NCBI GenBank assembly: GCA_030390025.1
Contig: JASTWF010000036.1
Span: forward strand, 3,412,001 to 3,476,000
Direction: 5' to 3'
DNA: 64,000 nucleotides
Source: Squalus acanthias
Lineage: Eukaryota
Position 1 is the first letter of the stretch. Each line of letters starts with the position of its first letter. Positions 36,549 through 48,680 of the stretch are shown here, piece by piece. The notes beneath the pieces are model-generated. The model made no database searches, had not been told where the DNA came from, and worked only from the letters and a program-made list of their open reading frames with translations. The translations under genes and the position numbers were made by a program.

Positions 36549-37669
36549 TCTCTGCTTCTTTCTGGTGCTGTGGAATACGCTGCATGCATTTTGTAGGCTG
36601 ATTTCACCGAACTAGTGCACCAGACAAACCAGTGGCAAGTTTCTTCCCACTGGACCGTCCCACTGGCTGGCGAAGGCCCATGCAGCCCAGTGACAGGAAA
36701 AGCTCATCACTGGCTTGTATGCGTGAGCTGAACGTTCAGCCCAGCAGCAGCCAGAAGAATGGCGCTTGCCAGCGGCAATTCTGTTTACTGCTGGTGCTGC
36801 TGCTGCCTCCAGAGGCACCAGTAAAAGCTGCCTTGGTTTATTCTTGCCATCTCTGGAGACCGCTACGTTGCCTGTTTTACCTCGCAGCGCTGCTGTTGGA
36901 GTCAGTGTTACTACCCATGCCAAAGCTGTAAGGCAAAGAAATCGGAGGAATCTATTCAGGCTCCCGCAACTTATATTGGATTAGGTGAGTCAGAATGAAG
37001 AAACGCTCCTTGGTATTTTAGCGTGCTTTGTAAATTTGTGATGCATGATTACTAAATGTGATGATGATGTCGTGGCAGAACTAACTGGAGCACAAACCGC
37101 CTTTGGATGATCGAATATATGGGATTGTGGCGGATCGCCACCTAAACGGGCGCAATCCACTTTTCCGTCCGTGGACAATAAATCGGGCACCTTGCCTTTA
37201 AGGCAGGAGAAAAGGAGTGGGCGGGGCCTCAGAACCTTCCAGATTCTAGGGTTAGCAGCCATCTTAGCAGGCAGATGTAATAAAAAGCTTTTGTGTTCCA
37301 CACATGGACTCGGCTTTAATTCGTGTTTCGCGGCAGCCACAACAGGATACTGGATAAACAAGCTTACTATTGGTGCAACAAATGCAGTGACTAGCATTTT
37401 AATCCTTATTCTCGTGAATAAACAGGAATCCGTCTGGAAAGAGTGAGTGAGGTGCAGTGAGTCAGAACGTTGTCCTGTAGCACCGGCACCTATGTTGAGC
37501 TGTGCCTTAGAAGGACGGCATGAATGTTTCCTTGTTCTGCAGCTTCTAAAGGTTCGACGTGAAATAAATTTGGTCAGTTCAGCCCAGCTCCTATTGGGTA
37601 CTGAACCATAGCACAAAACTATACAAAAGTTAATACTTCAGATTGCCTCATAAAAGACGTCTGATTGTC

Positions 37670-38030
37670 CTGAGAGCTCAGGGAGTGAGTAGCTGAGCCA
37701 TACAGACTAGGAAGGTCCCTGATTAAATCTCTGCCACTAATTAGCTGCTACTCCATTAGGAGTGGAGGTAGGGGTTTGACTGGATTAGGGAGGGCAGTCG
37801 GCCAGGGCTTCCACTCCTGATTCTTATCCAAAGATTCCTGCTGGAAGTACACGTGTGACAATGCTGGGCTGAGTATAGGATCAAGCTTCCCTACAGCCAA
37901 GTAGCCCACCAACTCTCACTGTTGCAGTTCACACATGAATAATAGCCACTTGGATGAGATACTGGAGGGCGATTGGCACCTGTAGATCACTGCCCCAGCT
38001 CGGAGTCTACTCCTTCAGTAGAGAAGAAAA
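37670..38030 (+). mobile_element. Ancient tRNA-type SINE, near full length
   Basis: Same motif order as the 31510 and 51200 copies. Confidence 0.55.
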
Positions 38031-39509
38031 AACTGTTGAGGAAAATTGGTAAGAAACAAAATGAAGCGACATGGATGGTGTGGAAAATAGAAATGTCACA
38101 CTGGTGTAGGAGGGAGTTCTTTCCTCAAAGGAGCTGAGTAGAGCTTTACCTTGCATCTAAACCATGATACACCTAACCAGAGCGGTTGCAAGATGTGGAA
38201 GGAATTTCCATTCCTCAGGGCTGGCATCCTTCACCCTGAAAAGTTCTTTTTTTTAAAAGTGATTTATGTGTCTGGCGCTGTAAGGGTTAAAGGAACAACC
38301 AGCAGTCTACATTCAAACTTTCCTGTGTAAAACTTAAGTTTGGATATCTGTTGTCGCCAACTAAAAGAATCCTGTTTCTTCTCAAGGCAACCGAAACTAC
38401 ACTTGGATGGAGACCCATTTATCTAGAGTCAACTGTTTTATCTGCCTGTCCAGATGTAGACTCAAACCTTTGTTCTGACTTTTGTTTCAGGAAGGAAGTT
38501 TAAAAATAGATGTATCTTGTAATTGCTTGGCGATTCAATGATGAGTAATATTGCTGGAGTACTTTTAATGGGCAACAATGGCCATAACTATGAGTAATAT
38601 TGCTTATTAGAGGAGAATCTAAAATTGCTAACATATATTTAAGTGAACTTCGCCTTTTCTGCTCAACTTGAATATCTGTGCTAGGGTGGGGCAGAGGCAA
38701 GGGAGGGTTTGGGATTGTAGCTTGAGTTCTGATGTTTGCTGCTGGTGAACTTCATCAAAAACCTTAAGAATCTCAGTAATGCAGTAATGCATGTTCACGA
38801 GACACAGGTGTACGTGGAGGAAAAATGTACTTTTATTTAAAAGAATACAAGTATCTAACTTCCATTTTAGAAATTTCAGGATAGTCTGCTGCAACCTGGG
38901 CTGTTGATCTAAATTCACATTGGAGTTTCATCTAGAGTTTGTCTACTTTACTTCCTTGCATGACTGTAATGCTCCGGGTGCAACAGTACTTGGCACTAAT
39001 GATATCCCTGAGCTGGACCACCCTGTCCTCCCAACCGAGGACAATGGGGTTGAGTGGGGCATAGGAGGAGGGAAAGAGACAAAAATGTATTCAAGAAAAT
39101 ACAAGTCAAATCTTTTTCAGTCAATTTGTTATCTCTTATTTCATATGCAGTTATGCCAGTTGCTGACGAGAAATGTTTAGACTACCCAATTGTGTACATG
39201 CATGTGTTTGTGTGTACATTTTCCAGATAGAAATGGCTTGGAGCAGAATAATTGGTTTGGCATGCTTTACAGCCAACAGCAGAAGTGGTATTGTTGAGAA
39301 TCTTGGAATGGAAACATTCTGTGATTCCTTTTGGAAAGAGTCCTTTGTTCAATTTTGTTTGAACCTCATTTTCTGCAGTTAGACCGGGAGGGCTCATATC
39401 TCTCAGTAGTTGTTGTGCTCAAGTGACCAAAAATATTAGATTTTATATGTTTTCAAATAAAAGGCTCTGCACTTTTAAATTCTTCATTTCCATTCTTTAC
39501 TTCTTCCCC

Positions 39510-39785
39510 CTCTGGTCTCTTGCACATCCCTGATTTTAATCACTCCACCATTGGCGGCTGTCCCTTCAGCTGCCTGGGCCCTAAGCTCTGGAATTCCCTC
39601 CCTAAACCTCTCTACCTCTCTCTCCTCCTTTAAGACACTCCTTAAAACCTACCTCTTTGACTAAGCTTTTGGTCACCTGCCCGACTACCTCCTTGTGTGA
39701 TATCAAATTTGGTTTGATAACGCTCCTGTGAAGCATCTTGGGACATTTTACTGCATTAAAGGCGCTATATCAATGCAAATTGTTA
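39510..39785 (+). mobile_element. L2 3' fragment, abutting a minus-strand CR1 fragment at 39795-39945
   Basis: L2 3' UTR match. Confidence 0.82.
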
Positions 39786-41370
39786 TATATCCAATTATAT
39801 TTCTCCTGATCTCCCCTCTGGTTCTTTTGCCAATTATCTTAAATCTGTGTCCTCTGGTTACCGACCCCAACTCGCCAGTGGAAACCATTTCTCCTTATTT
39901 ACCCTATCAAAACCTCTCATGATTTTGAACACTTCTATTAAAGCTCAAAGTATTTTCCCCCTTTCTTTCCTTTCTCCTGGGTGTATCTACCTCGTGGTTT
40001 TCTTCCTGCTCTGTTATACCCATTTAATGTATGTTGCACTATATTACACATTGTTATATAGATTAATGGCAAAAATAAAACTTGCTCACAATTGGTCTGA
40101 AAACAGACTCGGCATGTCAGGTGCAATGCTGGTAAGGGCATGTCCTTCAAGGATGGACACCACTGGAGCACATCTGGAGCTTTTAAAATGTGAGTATGTT
40201 TACATAAACCTTTCAAGGGTGGAGACAAAAAATTACATGTGACGCACTGTGAAGTAAAGAATGAACATTCACACCCTGAGAGATACTAACACCTTTCATG
40301 TGTGTATGGATTATATATATTCCTCCGGCTGCTAAAGTGAGCAAGAAAGTTGTTGCAACTATAAAATGAGGAAACCTGTTGAAAGATGCCCACAAAGTAC
40401 TCTATAGTTGGAGATAAAGTGGGATGAGAGAAATAAAGCAGGTGGAACAGTTTCTGGAGGTGATCCATCTTTATCTGCACAGGATTGTGATTAGAGTGTG
40501 TGAATGTCTTGAATTTCTGTTCTCAGACACTCCTGATTTTTCCATTGTTTTGAGGGTTTCTTGCTATCACTGCAAGGTCAGTGCTGATCAAAATGACGAG
40601 CAGTCTTGACAGGGATGATGGAGAAGGCAAACAATAAATTGTGGAATCAGTGAGAAAATATATTTGGAATGTTTTAAATTCAGCAGCCTCAGTACTTTTG
40701 TCTTAAACTCCTCTTTCTAATATTTAGAATATTTCAGTAGTTGAGTCATTCACATCTGATATTTGATCCTTTTGGAGGTTATTTTTTTATGTGTGACCAT
40801 GGGGGAGGGATACTGGGAGTGGAGGCGAAGTGATAAAGATGGTAATCCTGATCTGGAGGCCACTCATCAAGTGGCAGTCTTTTTTAAAACTGAGATACAA
40901 GAGTATATATTCCAAACGTACTCATGAAGAAAGCCATTCAAGGTCTTCTCCTGAAGTATGTTCCTTTTTTAAAAACCATACAAGTGAGGGGCAGCACGTT
41001 GAAAGAACGCAATTCTCCACGTGTCAATTTTTGTATGATTACTCTTCTGTGAAGCGCCTTGGGACGTTTCCCTACGTCCAAGGCGCTATACAAATACAAG
41101 TTGTTGTAATGAGTTGCTGGTCGCAATTCTGTTGCCACGGGGAATGTGCCAAGCAAAAGCCAGATGCTTTATCACAGGAAGGTGATTGGGGAAGAAATGA
41201 GAAGCAGGAGATTTCCAAAGTTCTCATGACCATCTTAGTGACAAACTATAGAGCAGCATTGGTGAATGCTTGGAGATGGGGTCCCCAAGCTTTCTTTTGG
41301 GAAGGGAAAATGACAACTTACAATTTGGTACCTAATTGAATGTCACATTCTCTTGATTAGGAAAAATGTT

Positions 41371-42188
41371 GGGGGCGATTTTGTGAATGGAGGCGGGTTG
41401 GAGGCGGGATTGCTGCTTGTCGGGTTTCAGTCCCGCCTCCATCGAGTTGTGGCCAACCCACGCTATTTTCCCTTGATTGACCTTGTTAAGCCCGCCCAGC
41501 TGGCTTAGCAGGCCAATTAAGGGAAAGCCGGTTGCAGAGCACGTCAACGTATGACTTGTCATCTGTCAAATTTTTGACAGATGAATTGTCATCGTTTGAC
41601 AGCTCTCTGAAGCTGTCAAACAGTGACATTCTCTGTAGTTTGATGAGGTCTTGCATACAAGACCTCATCAACCTTCTTTCTTTTACAGAAATTAGATGTT
41701 TGTTGCATATGAGAATGCAACGGCCATCTCTCATCTGCAACACGGAGGTCTGAGACTCTCCGTATAGAAACCGACTGAAGCCTGCAGGGAGAAACAAAGG
41801 TAAGTACACTTTTAAAAACACTTGGGACTTACCTCAGATACTCACCTCTCCACTCTTGCACCCATCACTTACCTTCACACCTCACTCTTGCACCGACCCC
41901 CGCAGACCCCCGACTCGCCTCGCTGAGCTGGCGGGTTTTGGGGTTGTCGGGAAGCCCGCACTTGTGAGGGCAAAAAGGGGATAATCCTAATTTCTGCCTG
42001 TTAACTACCTGTTAACAGGCAGTTAATAGGCTTTGATCCCTTCCCGCCTCCAAGGAGATGGGACCTGGCGAGGGAAGATGGCATGGAGGCGGGTTGGGGG
42101 CGGGTTTGCCACCCGCCCCCAAATTCTGCCATTTTCCTGGCAGTCCCGCCTCCATACCCACCTCCTCGGGGCTGAGAAAATCACCCCC
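41371..42188. mobile_element. GC-rich MITE with GGG-starting TIRs (PIF/Harbinger-like) and internal hairpins
   Basis: TIRs GGGGGCGATTTT / AAAATCACCCCC (11/12). Flanks GTT/ATT; subterminal GGCGGG repeats. Confidence 0.78.
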
Positions 42189-42457
42189 ATTATGTCTAAA
42201 TGTTATCATTACTTTAATTTACTTTCACCATTTCAGGAAGTATCTAATTTGCATAACCATTATCCCCGCGGCCCCCCCCCCCCCCACCCCAGAACTTAAA
42301 TTGTTGTTGCTGTCCCCATTACTTCTGTAATACTAATTGATATCTAAATTAAAAGCTGTGGAGAAACTCATAAAATAAATGCCACGTGTATGCACTCCCC
42401 CTACCCTCAGGCACTGACTCCTGCTGGGTTTATAGTCTACAAGTGCTGGGCTGGGCT

Positions 42458-43335
42458 GGGAAGGGAGGAGGTAAAAGGGCAGGTGTTGCATCTCCTGCGC
42501 TTGCACGGGAAGGTGCCGTGGGGAGGGGAGGGGCTGTTGGGGGTGATTGAGGAGTGGACCAGGGTGTCGCGGAGGGAGCGGTCCCTTCGGAATGCTGAAA
42601 GGGGAGGGGAGGGGAAGATGTGTTTGGTGGTGGAATCACGCTGGAGGTGGCATCTGCCCTTTTACCTCCTCCTTTCCCACTGCCCAGGGCCCCAAACACT
42701 CCTTCCAGGTGAAACAGCGATTTACTTGTACTTCTTGCAATTTAGTATACTGTATTCGCTGCTCACGATGCGGTCTCCTCTACATTGGGGAGACCAAACG
42801 CAGATTGGGCGACCGCTTTGCAGAACACCTCCGTTTTAGTCTGTAAGGGTGACCCCGAGCTTCCGGTCGCTTGTAATTCTCCGCTCCACTCCCACTCTGA
42901 CCTCTGTCTTCGGCCTCTTGCGGTGTTCCAATGAAGCTCAACGTAAGCTCGAGGAACAGCACCTCATCTTTCTATTAGGCACTTTACAGCCTTCTGGACT
43001 CAACATCGAGATCAACAATTTCGGACTATAACCCCTGCCCCTATTTTTTCAGCCAGCAGCTGTTGATGATTCTGCCATCCCCATTTGCAACATTTAATCA
43101 CTCCTGCCTTCCACCCTATCACAGACCTTTTGTTCTTTCTTCCTCTCTCCCCTTTCCCTGCCTCTGCACCCGCTTAAAATCTGTTACATCTCTAACTTTT
43201 TCCAGTTCTGACGAAGGGTTACAGACCTGAAACGTTAACTCTGTTTCTCTCTCCACAGATGCTGCCTGACCTGCCGAGTGTTTCCAGCATTTTCTGTTGT
43301 TGTTTCAGATTTCCAACATCCGTAGTATTTTGGTA
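42458..43335 (+). mobile_element. Penelope-like element (Neptune-type) fragment: GIY-YIG endonuclease and terminal repeat, with inverted 5' segment 42458-42650
   Basis: NLVYCIRCSRCGLLYIGETKRRLGDRFAEH on +; linker HGTFPCKRRRCNTCPF on -. Confidence 0.88.
43204..43240 (+). ncRNA. Minimal hammerhead ribozyme motif (Penelope-associated)
   Basis: AGTT-CTGACGA-A-GGGTT(ACA)GACCT-GAAA-CG-TT-AACT: stem I, core, stem II and a palindromic stem III. Confidence 0.6.
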
Positions 43336-43455
43336 TAGGAATAGAAGGATATGTTGATGGGGTTAGATAAAGAGGGGTGGGAGGAGGCTCGTGTGGAGCA
43401 TAAACACCGGCACGGACCCAATGGCCTGTTTCTGTGCTGTAAATGCTTTGTAACT
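43336..43455 (+). mobile_element. CR1 3' tail
   Basis: Copy of 15153-15275. Confidence 0.75.
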
Positions 43456-45008
43456 TTTGCAGGTCTAGTGTGTTGTCACCACCATGAATGCTTTTGAGAA
43501 GCTTCTAAAAAACCAGCTCTATTTTCTCAGTTGAGCTTTCATCTCTGCATCTATTGAGTGCTTTGAGGTCGGGTGCAACAGCAGTCCGATATAAGGACCA
43601 CTTTTGTTGCCCTTGCAATGTGTCTGAAATCCAACCCCATCGTTGCATTATCCACTGTTCTAGTGTTGGTGTTTATTTCTCTTCATACATTCCTCCAGAT
43701 CTCCTATGTTTGCTGTTTGTGATTTTGCTGCAAGTTGTGAACAATATTAATCTCACCCTTCCACCATTATGCTCATGGGTTCAATATTTCACTCTGCAGC
43801 CCCTCACACTTGCAGATTATCAAAACCGTGTCCAAGCAGCAATTTCCAAAGAAAGATTATGTATAAAATAATTATTGTAAAGAAATTGTTCACTGCCATC
43901 TCAATCTATTCTTTTTCCCTCCTTGCCCCAGAAGTAAACCTTGAACTGCTTATTTGTCTGATGCAGGAAATCTAGTGAGTTTTGAGAAATCTGTACTCCA
44001 GATAGGAGGCAATGCTGAGGAATATTTTTTTTTTCCCCACTTGGCACTGAACAATCCCAGCCTTTGAATGGTCTGGGGTGGTTGAAAATGTATGCTTTGT
44101 GGTGCATTTTAACCTGAGTTAGATACAGGATATTTTTATTGAAATGTCTTTCATGGATATGACGTTACATTGCATTTTAATTGCTGGAAGTATTCACTTC
44201 AGAGGCTTCCTTGATGACTCAGTGTTAAAGGAAGTGAGTAACTGTGCCGTACATACCAGAAGGTCCCAGGTTCCCCAGCTTTATGCTGGGTTAGCTAAAT
44301 ACCTCCGTGCCAATTGAGCGAGATACATCAGGGTGGCAGGTGCCCAGCTCAATCAGTGCCTTCAAGAAAGGAGTTAGTCACTTGAAAGGAATGTTCAAAG
44401 TACAACTATCCTAAACCTGTACCACACTAAATAGACTAATCGAGCTGCAATGAAACCAAACCACAAAGAATTAATAAACCCATCATTGTTTTTTTTTAAA
44501 CAAAACTATCTACTTAAATTCATTTTTAGCATCAGTATATTAAGTCTTGTGTCTAGCATGCACTTCCTGTTTTCACTTCTTGTGTCACGATTTTGTCACA
44601 CCTGGGTATTACTTTTAAACTATAAGCTTTGTCTGCCTTCCATTAGACTTGCCTTTCAGTTCTCCCAGCATTCAATGGTACTGCTGCTCCTCCAAACTCC
44701 ATCTCCCAGGTGCATTCCTCGAGGTGGTACCGCAGGTAATTGCATTTTCCCCCTACCTCCAACTGTCAGATGAGTTTTACTTATTTATTTTTTCCTTTTC
44801 TTTTCCTCGTCCCGCAAACTATCTTTATATATCATTTACTTTTATTTGCCACCACCTGCCACTCACCATCTACCACTCTTGAGCCGGCTTATTAAAATAA
44901 TATAGAACTACAGGTGTTCAGCCTCTCTGTGAAGGATTGGGATCGTGCCTGCTGCCTCCTATTTACCAGCCTCCCACCACTTGGGAACCTTGCACCTCAT
45001 TCCAGATA

Positions 45009-45443
45009 GGGCAACACGGTGGCATAGTGGTTAGCACTGGTGCCTCACAGCGCCAGAGACCCGGGTTCGAATCTGACCTCGGGTGACTGTCTGTGTGGAG
45101 TTTGCACATTCTCCCCGTGTCTGCGTGGGTTTCCTCCGGGTGCTCCGGTTTCCTCCCACAGTCCAAAAATGTGTGGGTTAGGTTGATTTGGCTATGATAA
45201 ATTGACCCTTAGTGTTAGGGAGGATTAAATATGTGGGGTTATGGGGATAGGATGGGATATGTTAGGGGGAATTAAATACATGGGGTTACGGGGGTAGTGT
45301 GGGATATGTGTACTGTGGGGATTGGAGCAGGGACAGGGTAATGGATTTGGATGATCAGCCATGATCGTATTGAATGGCGGAGCAGGCTCGACGGGCCGAA
45401 TGGCCTACTCCTGCTCCTGGATTCTATGTTTCTATGTTTCTAT
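45009..45443 (+). mobile_element. HE1-like V-SINE, full length, with a CR1/HER1 tail
   Basis: A box TGGCATAGTGG (45020), B box GGTTCGAATC (45064), V-domain TCTGTGTGGAGTTTGCACATTCTCCCCGTGTCTGCGTGGGTTTCCTCCGG, CR1 tail (TTCTATGT)n. Confidence 0.9.
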
Positions 45444-45464
45444 CCCTGGGCCGGGATCTGCGAC

Positions 45465-45735
45465 ACCCCCTCTGCCCTCTCAGGTGGATGTAAATGATCC
45501 CATGGCACTGGACGAGCAAGGGCGTTCCCCCTGTGTTTGGCCAACATTTATCCCTCAAGTAACATCACAAGAACAGATTATCTGGTCATTTCTGACATTA
45601 CTGATTGTGGGACCTTGCTGTGCGCAATTTGGTTACTGTGTTTGCCTACACCCTGACCACACTTCAAAAGTACTTCATTGGCTGTGAATCGTTTTTGGGA
45701 CATCCTAGGACATGAAAGGAGCTATATAAACTCAA
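45465..45735 (+). mobile_element. DeuSINE 3' part
   Basis: GATCCCATGGCAC...CAGATTATCTGGTCATT...CACTTCAAAAGTACTTCATTGG. Confidence 0.8.
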
Positions 45736-46219
45736 ATTAATTCTGTCTTGTTGCCGGCCCTTTACCGGACGGATCTGCCTAATCTTGGTGTCATGGGCTC
45801 CCTTGCCATCTCCAGTTCTATTCCCTGGTTTGCCAGCACTGAGCTGAGAGACTGCCAATTTAGTTTTCAATGCGCTCATTGCACTTCTAATGTATTTCCC
45901 AGCATTGTTACCTCACTTGAATTCTTTCAAAGCAAAACTGTTGTTTCCTGGCTCAGTACTGGGATGCTGGCGAAGATCAATCGACTGATGAGGGGGTGGC
46001 AGTCGTCGCGGCTGGGAAAAGCTTTGAGAGTGAGAGCAGTGCGGGGGGACCAGGAAGCAGAGGGCAAGCAGGTGGTGGGGATGGGGGAAAGCTGGGGGTG
46101 CTGAGAGTTGGACAAAGGACTAGGATTGAGAGGGGAAGGTGGATGGGGCAACCTGGGGTGGGGATGGGGAAGTCTTAAAGTCTAGGGCAAAAACTGGAAG
46201 GAGTGAAGGTGGTGCTCCC

Positions 46220-46732
46220 ACCTACCCTCTGTAAACTTGAGCTCATCCAAAACTCTGCTACCCATATCCTAACGCGCACCTGGTCTTGCTCACCCATCAC
46301 CCCTGTGCTCGCTGACCTACATTGGCCCCCAGTCCGGCAACGCCTTGATTGTAGAATTCTCATCCTTGTGTTCAAATCCCTCCATGGCCTCCCCCCTCCC
46401 TATCTCTGTAACCTCCTCCAGCCCTACAACCCTCCGAGATCTCTGCACTCCTCCAATTCTGGCCTCTTGCGCATCCCAGATTTTCCTTCACTCCACTATT
46501 GGCGGCCGTGCCTTCAGCTGCCTAGGCCCTAAGCTTTGGAATTCCTTCCCTAAACCTCTCCGCCACTCTCTCCTCCTTTAAGGTACTCCTTAAAACCTAC
46601 CTCTTTGACCAAGCTTTTGGTCACCTGTCCTAATATCTCATCTCCATGTCAAATTTTGTCTGACTACGCTCCTGTGAAGCGCCTTGGGACGTTTTGCCAC
46701 GTTAAAGGCGGTGTATAAATGCAAGTTGTTAT
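46220..46732 (+). mobile_element. L2 3' fragment
   Basis: ITPVLADLHW...FKSLHGL, followed by the tail. Confidence 0.88.
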
Positions 46733-47111
46733 TGGATATTTCCCTTTTCAGCAACAAAGATCCCATTTGTAGAAAGGAACTATGTTTGAGATAGTTCACT
46801 TTGAGTTATCCTAGCCAACATGCCATCTGCAAGTACTGGGATTATAATGTTTATTATAACAACCATGTATATAAAAGTGCCCAAGTTTTAATGTTCTCTC
46901 TCCATTCTGTCAGTTGCTATGGGACAAATTGATTAAAAACAGGGTTACTCACCATTGTCGCTGACCTTATGGCTTGAATTGTGTGAGTGGTACAGCAAAA
47001 GAAATCCCATGTGAAAAATAGCAAACATCTGCAGGAAAGGAATTCAAATCTAGGCTTTTCTCTCATATTTTAAAAAAAAAGTGCCTTCTATCCTCTGTGA
47101 TTTTTGTTTAA

Positions 47112-47628
47112 TAGAAACATAGAAAAATAGGAGCAGGAGTAGGCCATTCGGCCCTTCGAGCCTGCTCCGCTATTCAATATGATCATGGCTGATCCTCTAT
47201 CTCAATACCATATTCCCGCTCTCTCCCCATACCCCTTGATGCCTTGTGTCTAGAAATCTATCTATCTCCTTCTTAAATAGATTCAGTGACTTGGCCTCCA
47301 CAGCCTTCTGTGGTAGAGAATTCCACAGGTTCACCACCCTCTGAGTGAAGACATTTCTCCTCATCTCAGTCCTAAATGTCCTACCCCGTATCCTGAGACT
47401 GTGACCCCTCGTTCTAGACCCCCCCAGCTAGGGGAAATATCCTCCCTGCATCCAGTCTGTCTAACCCTGTCAGAATTTTATACGTTTCAATGAGATCCCT
47501 CTCATTCTTCTAAACTCTAGTGAATACAGGCCTAGTCGAGACAATCTCTCCTCATACGACAGTCCTGCCATCCCAGGAATCAGTCTGGTGAACCTTCGCT
47601 GCACTCCCTCTATGGCAAGTATATCCTT
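47112..47628 (-). mobile_element. CR1 3' fragment
   Basis: LAIEGVQRRFTRLIPGMAGLSYEERL, with the tail. Confidence 0.9.
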
Positions 47629-47719
47629 TAAAACTATACATTTTTCTTCCATGAGAGCTGCTTACTATCACCTTGTCCCTGTCAGACAATCTACTCTGTG
47701 AAAACTTGCTTTTCGTCTC

Positions 47720-48680
47720 TCTAATTTTTGTTCTGCTTTCCCTCCCCTTCCTTTCACAAAGGCATTAACCCTTCCATGGGCACTGGCTGCCCTCCAGCAC
47801 TTTATTTACATGGCCAGTCTTCCTGCTCAAGACCCGACATTGAGAGCTAGATGTTTGAGGCCTGCGCCCCGAAAATGGTGGGGTATGACATTCGCACTGT
47901 CGCTGTGGCCGCTGCAATCCTACCCCTGGGCGCCTAATTGGGCGCTAGGCCCTTTTAATATGCAATTCGGGGTCCTATAATGCTCACAGGACTGCGTTTG
48001 CCATTTTAAAGCAGTACTGGGTGGAGTGTGGGCACCGCAGGCTCTGCCCTGTGCCAGCTGGCGGTCCAACCGAGGAGGAGCCCACAGGTAAGTGTTTTTT
48101 TTTTTACTGCATTTTTGTGGGGCCAGGAGGATCAGGAGTGCTCCACAAAAACCAGCCAGGGCTGCTGTCGCACCGGGTTCCTCTTTTCCCCCACGGGACC
48201 TACCTGGATGCTGGCCGCGTCGCCCGATATTGCGATGACCCAGAGTCGGCGGGCTGCCCCAGGGCACTCGTTTTCCATCTGTAGGCCGCCAGCCGAATAC
48301 CAATGAGGCGCGGCCCTCAAAATGGATCGGGCCTCCTGCCCGGACTATCGGGTGGCTGGTGGGCACACTCTGGCTGCCCGAAGTCGGCACTGAGGGGAAA
48401 ATCTACCCCCGAGTATCCATAGGCCCATTCAACCCTGAAGGGTATCAAAGAGCCCGATCCTGACCTCCAGTGACATTCACACACGTGCACTTTCCAGGGA
48501 TGGTCACAGGATAGCATTCGGGAGCAGGGTACTCTGGTTGGTTCTTCCTAGCCTTAGGGTGCTCAACCCAATTGTAGTGCTCTTCTTGCTGCACTGACTG
48601 TGATCAGCTAACTGAGCACAGACTGGTGACTGAATCTTCGACCTTCTGGTCTACACGACTTAGGTTCATTTATCCCGCAA
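47720..48680 (-). mobile_element. Ancient tRNA-type SINE interrupted by a MITE
   Basis: Flanks match 51200-51590 (GTGCACTTTCCAG, GATCAGCTAACT). Confidence 0.55.
47844..48410. mobile_element. GC-rich GGG-TIR MITE
   Basis: Ends GAGCTAGATGTT and AAAATCTACCCCC. Internal TTGTGGGGCCAGGAG and AATGAGGC are shared with 14463. Confidence 0.6.

Noticed and set aside
36990..37616. 208-aa minus-strand ORF as a novel gene
   Set aside because: No recognisable domain, non-ATG start and no evident exon structure; compatible with a chance ORF.
45009..45080. tRNA gene
   Set aside because: The A and B boxes belong to a SINE head followed by a V-domain and a LINE tail; the same applies to 34368.
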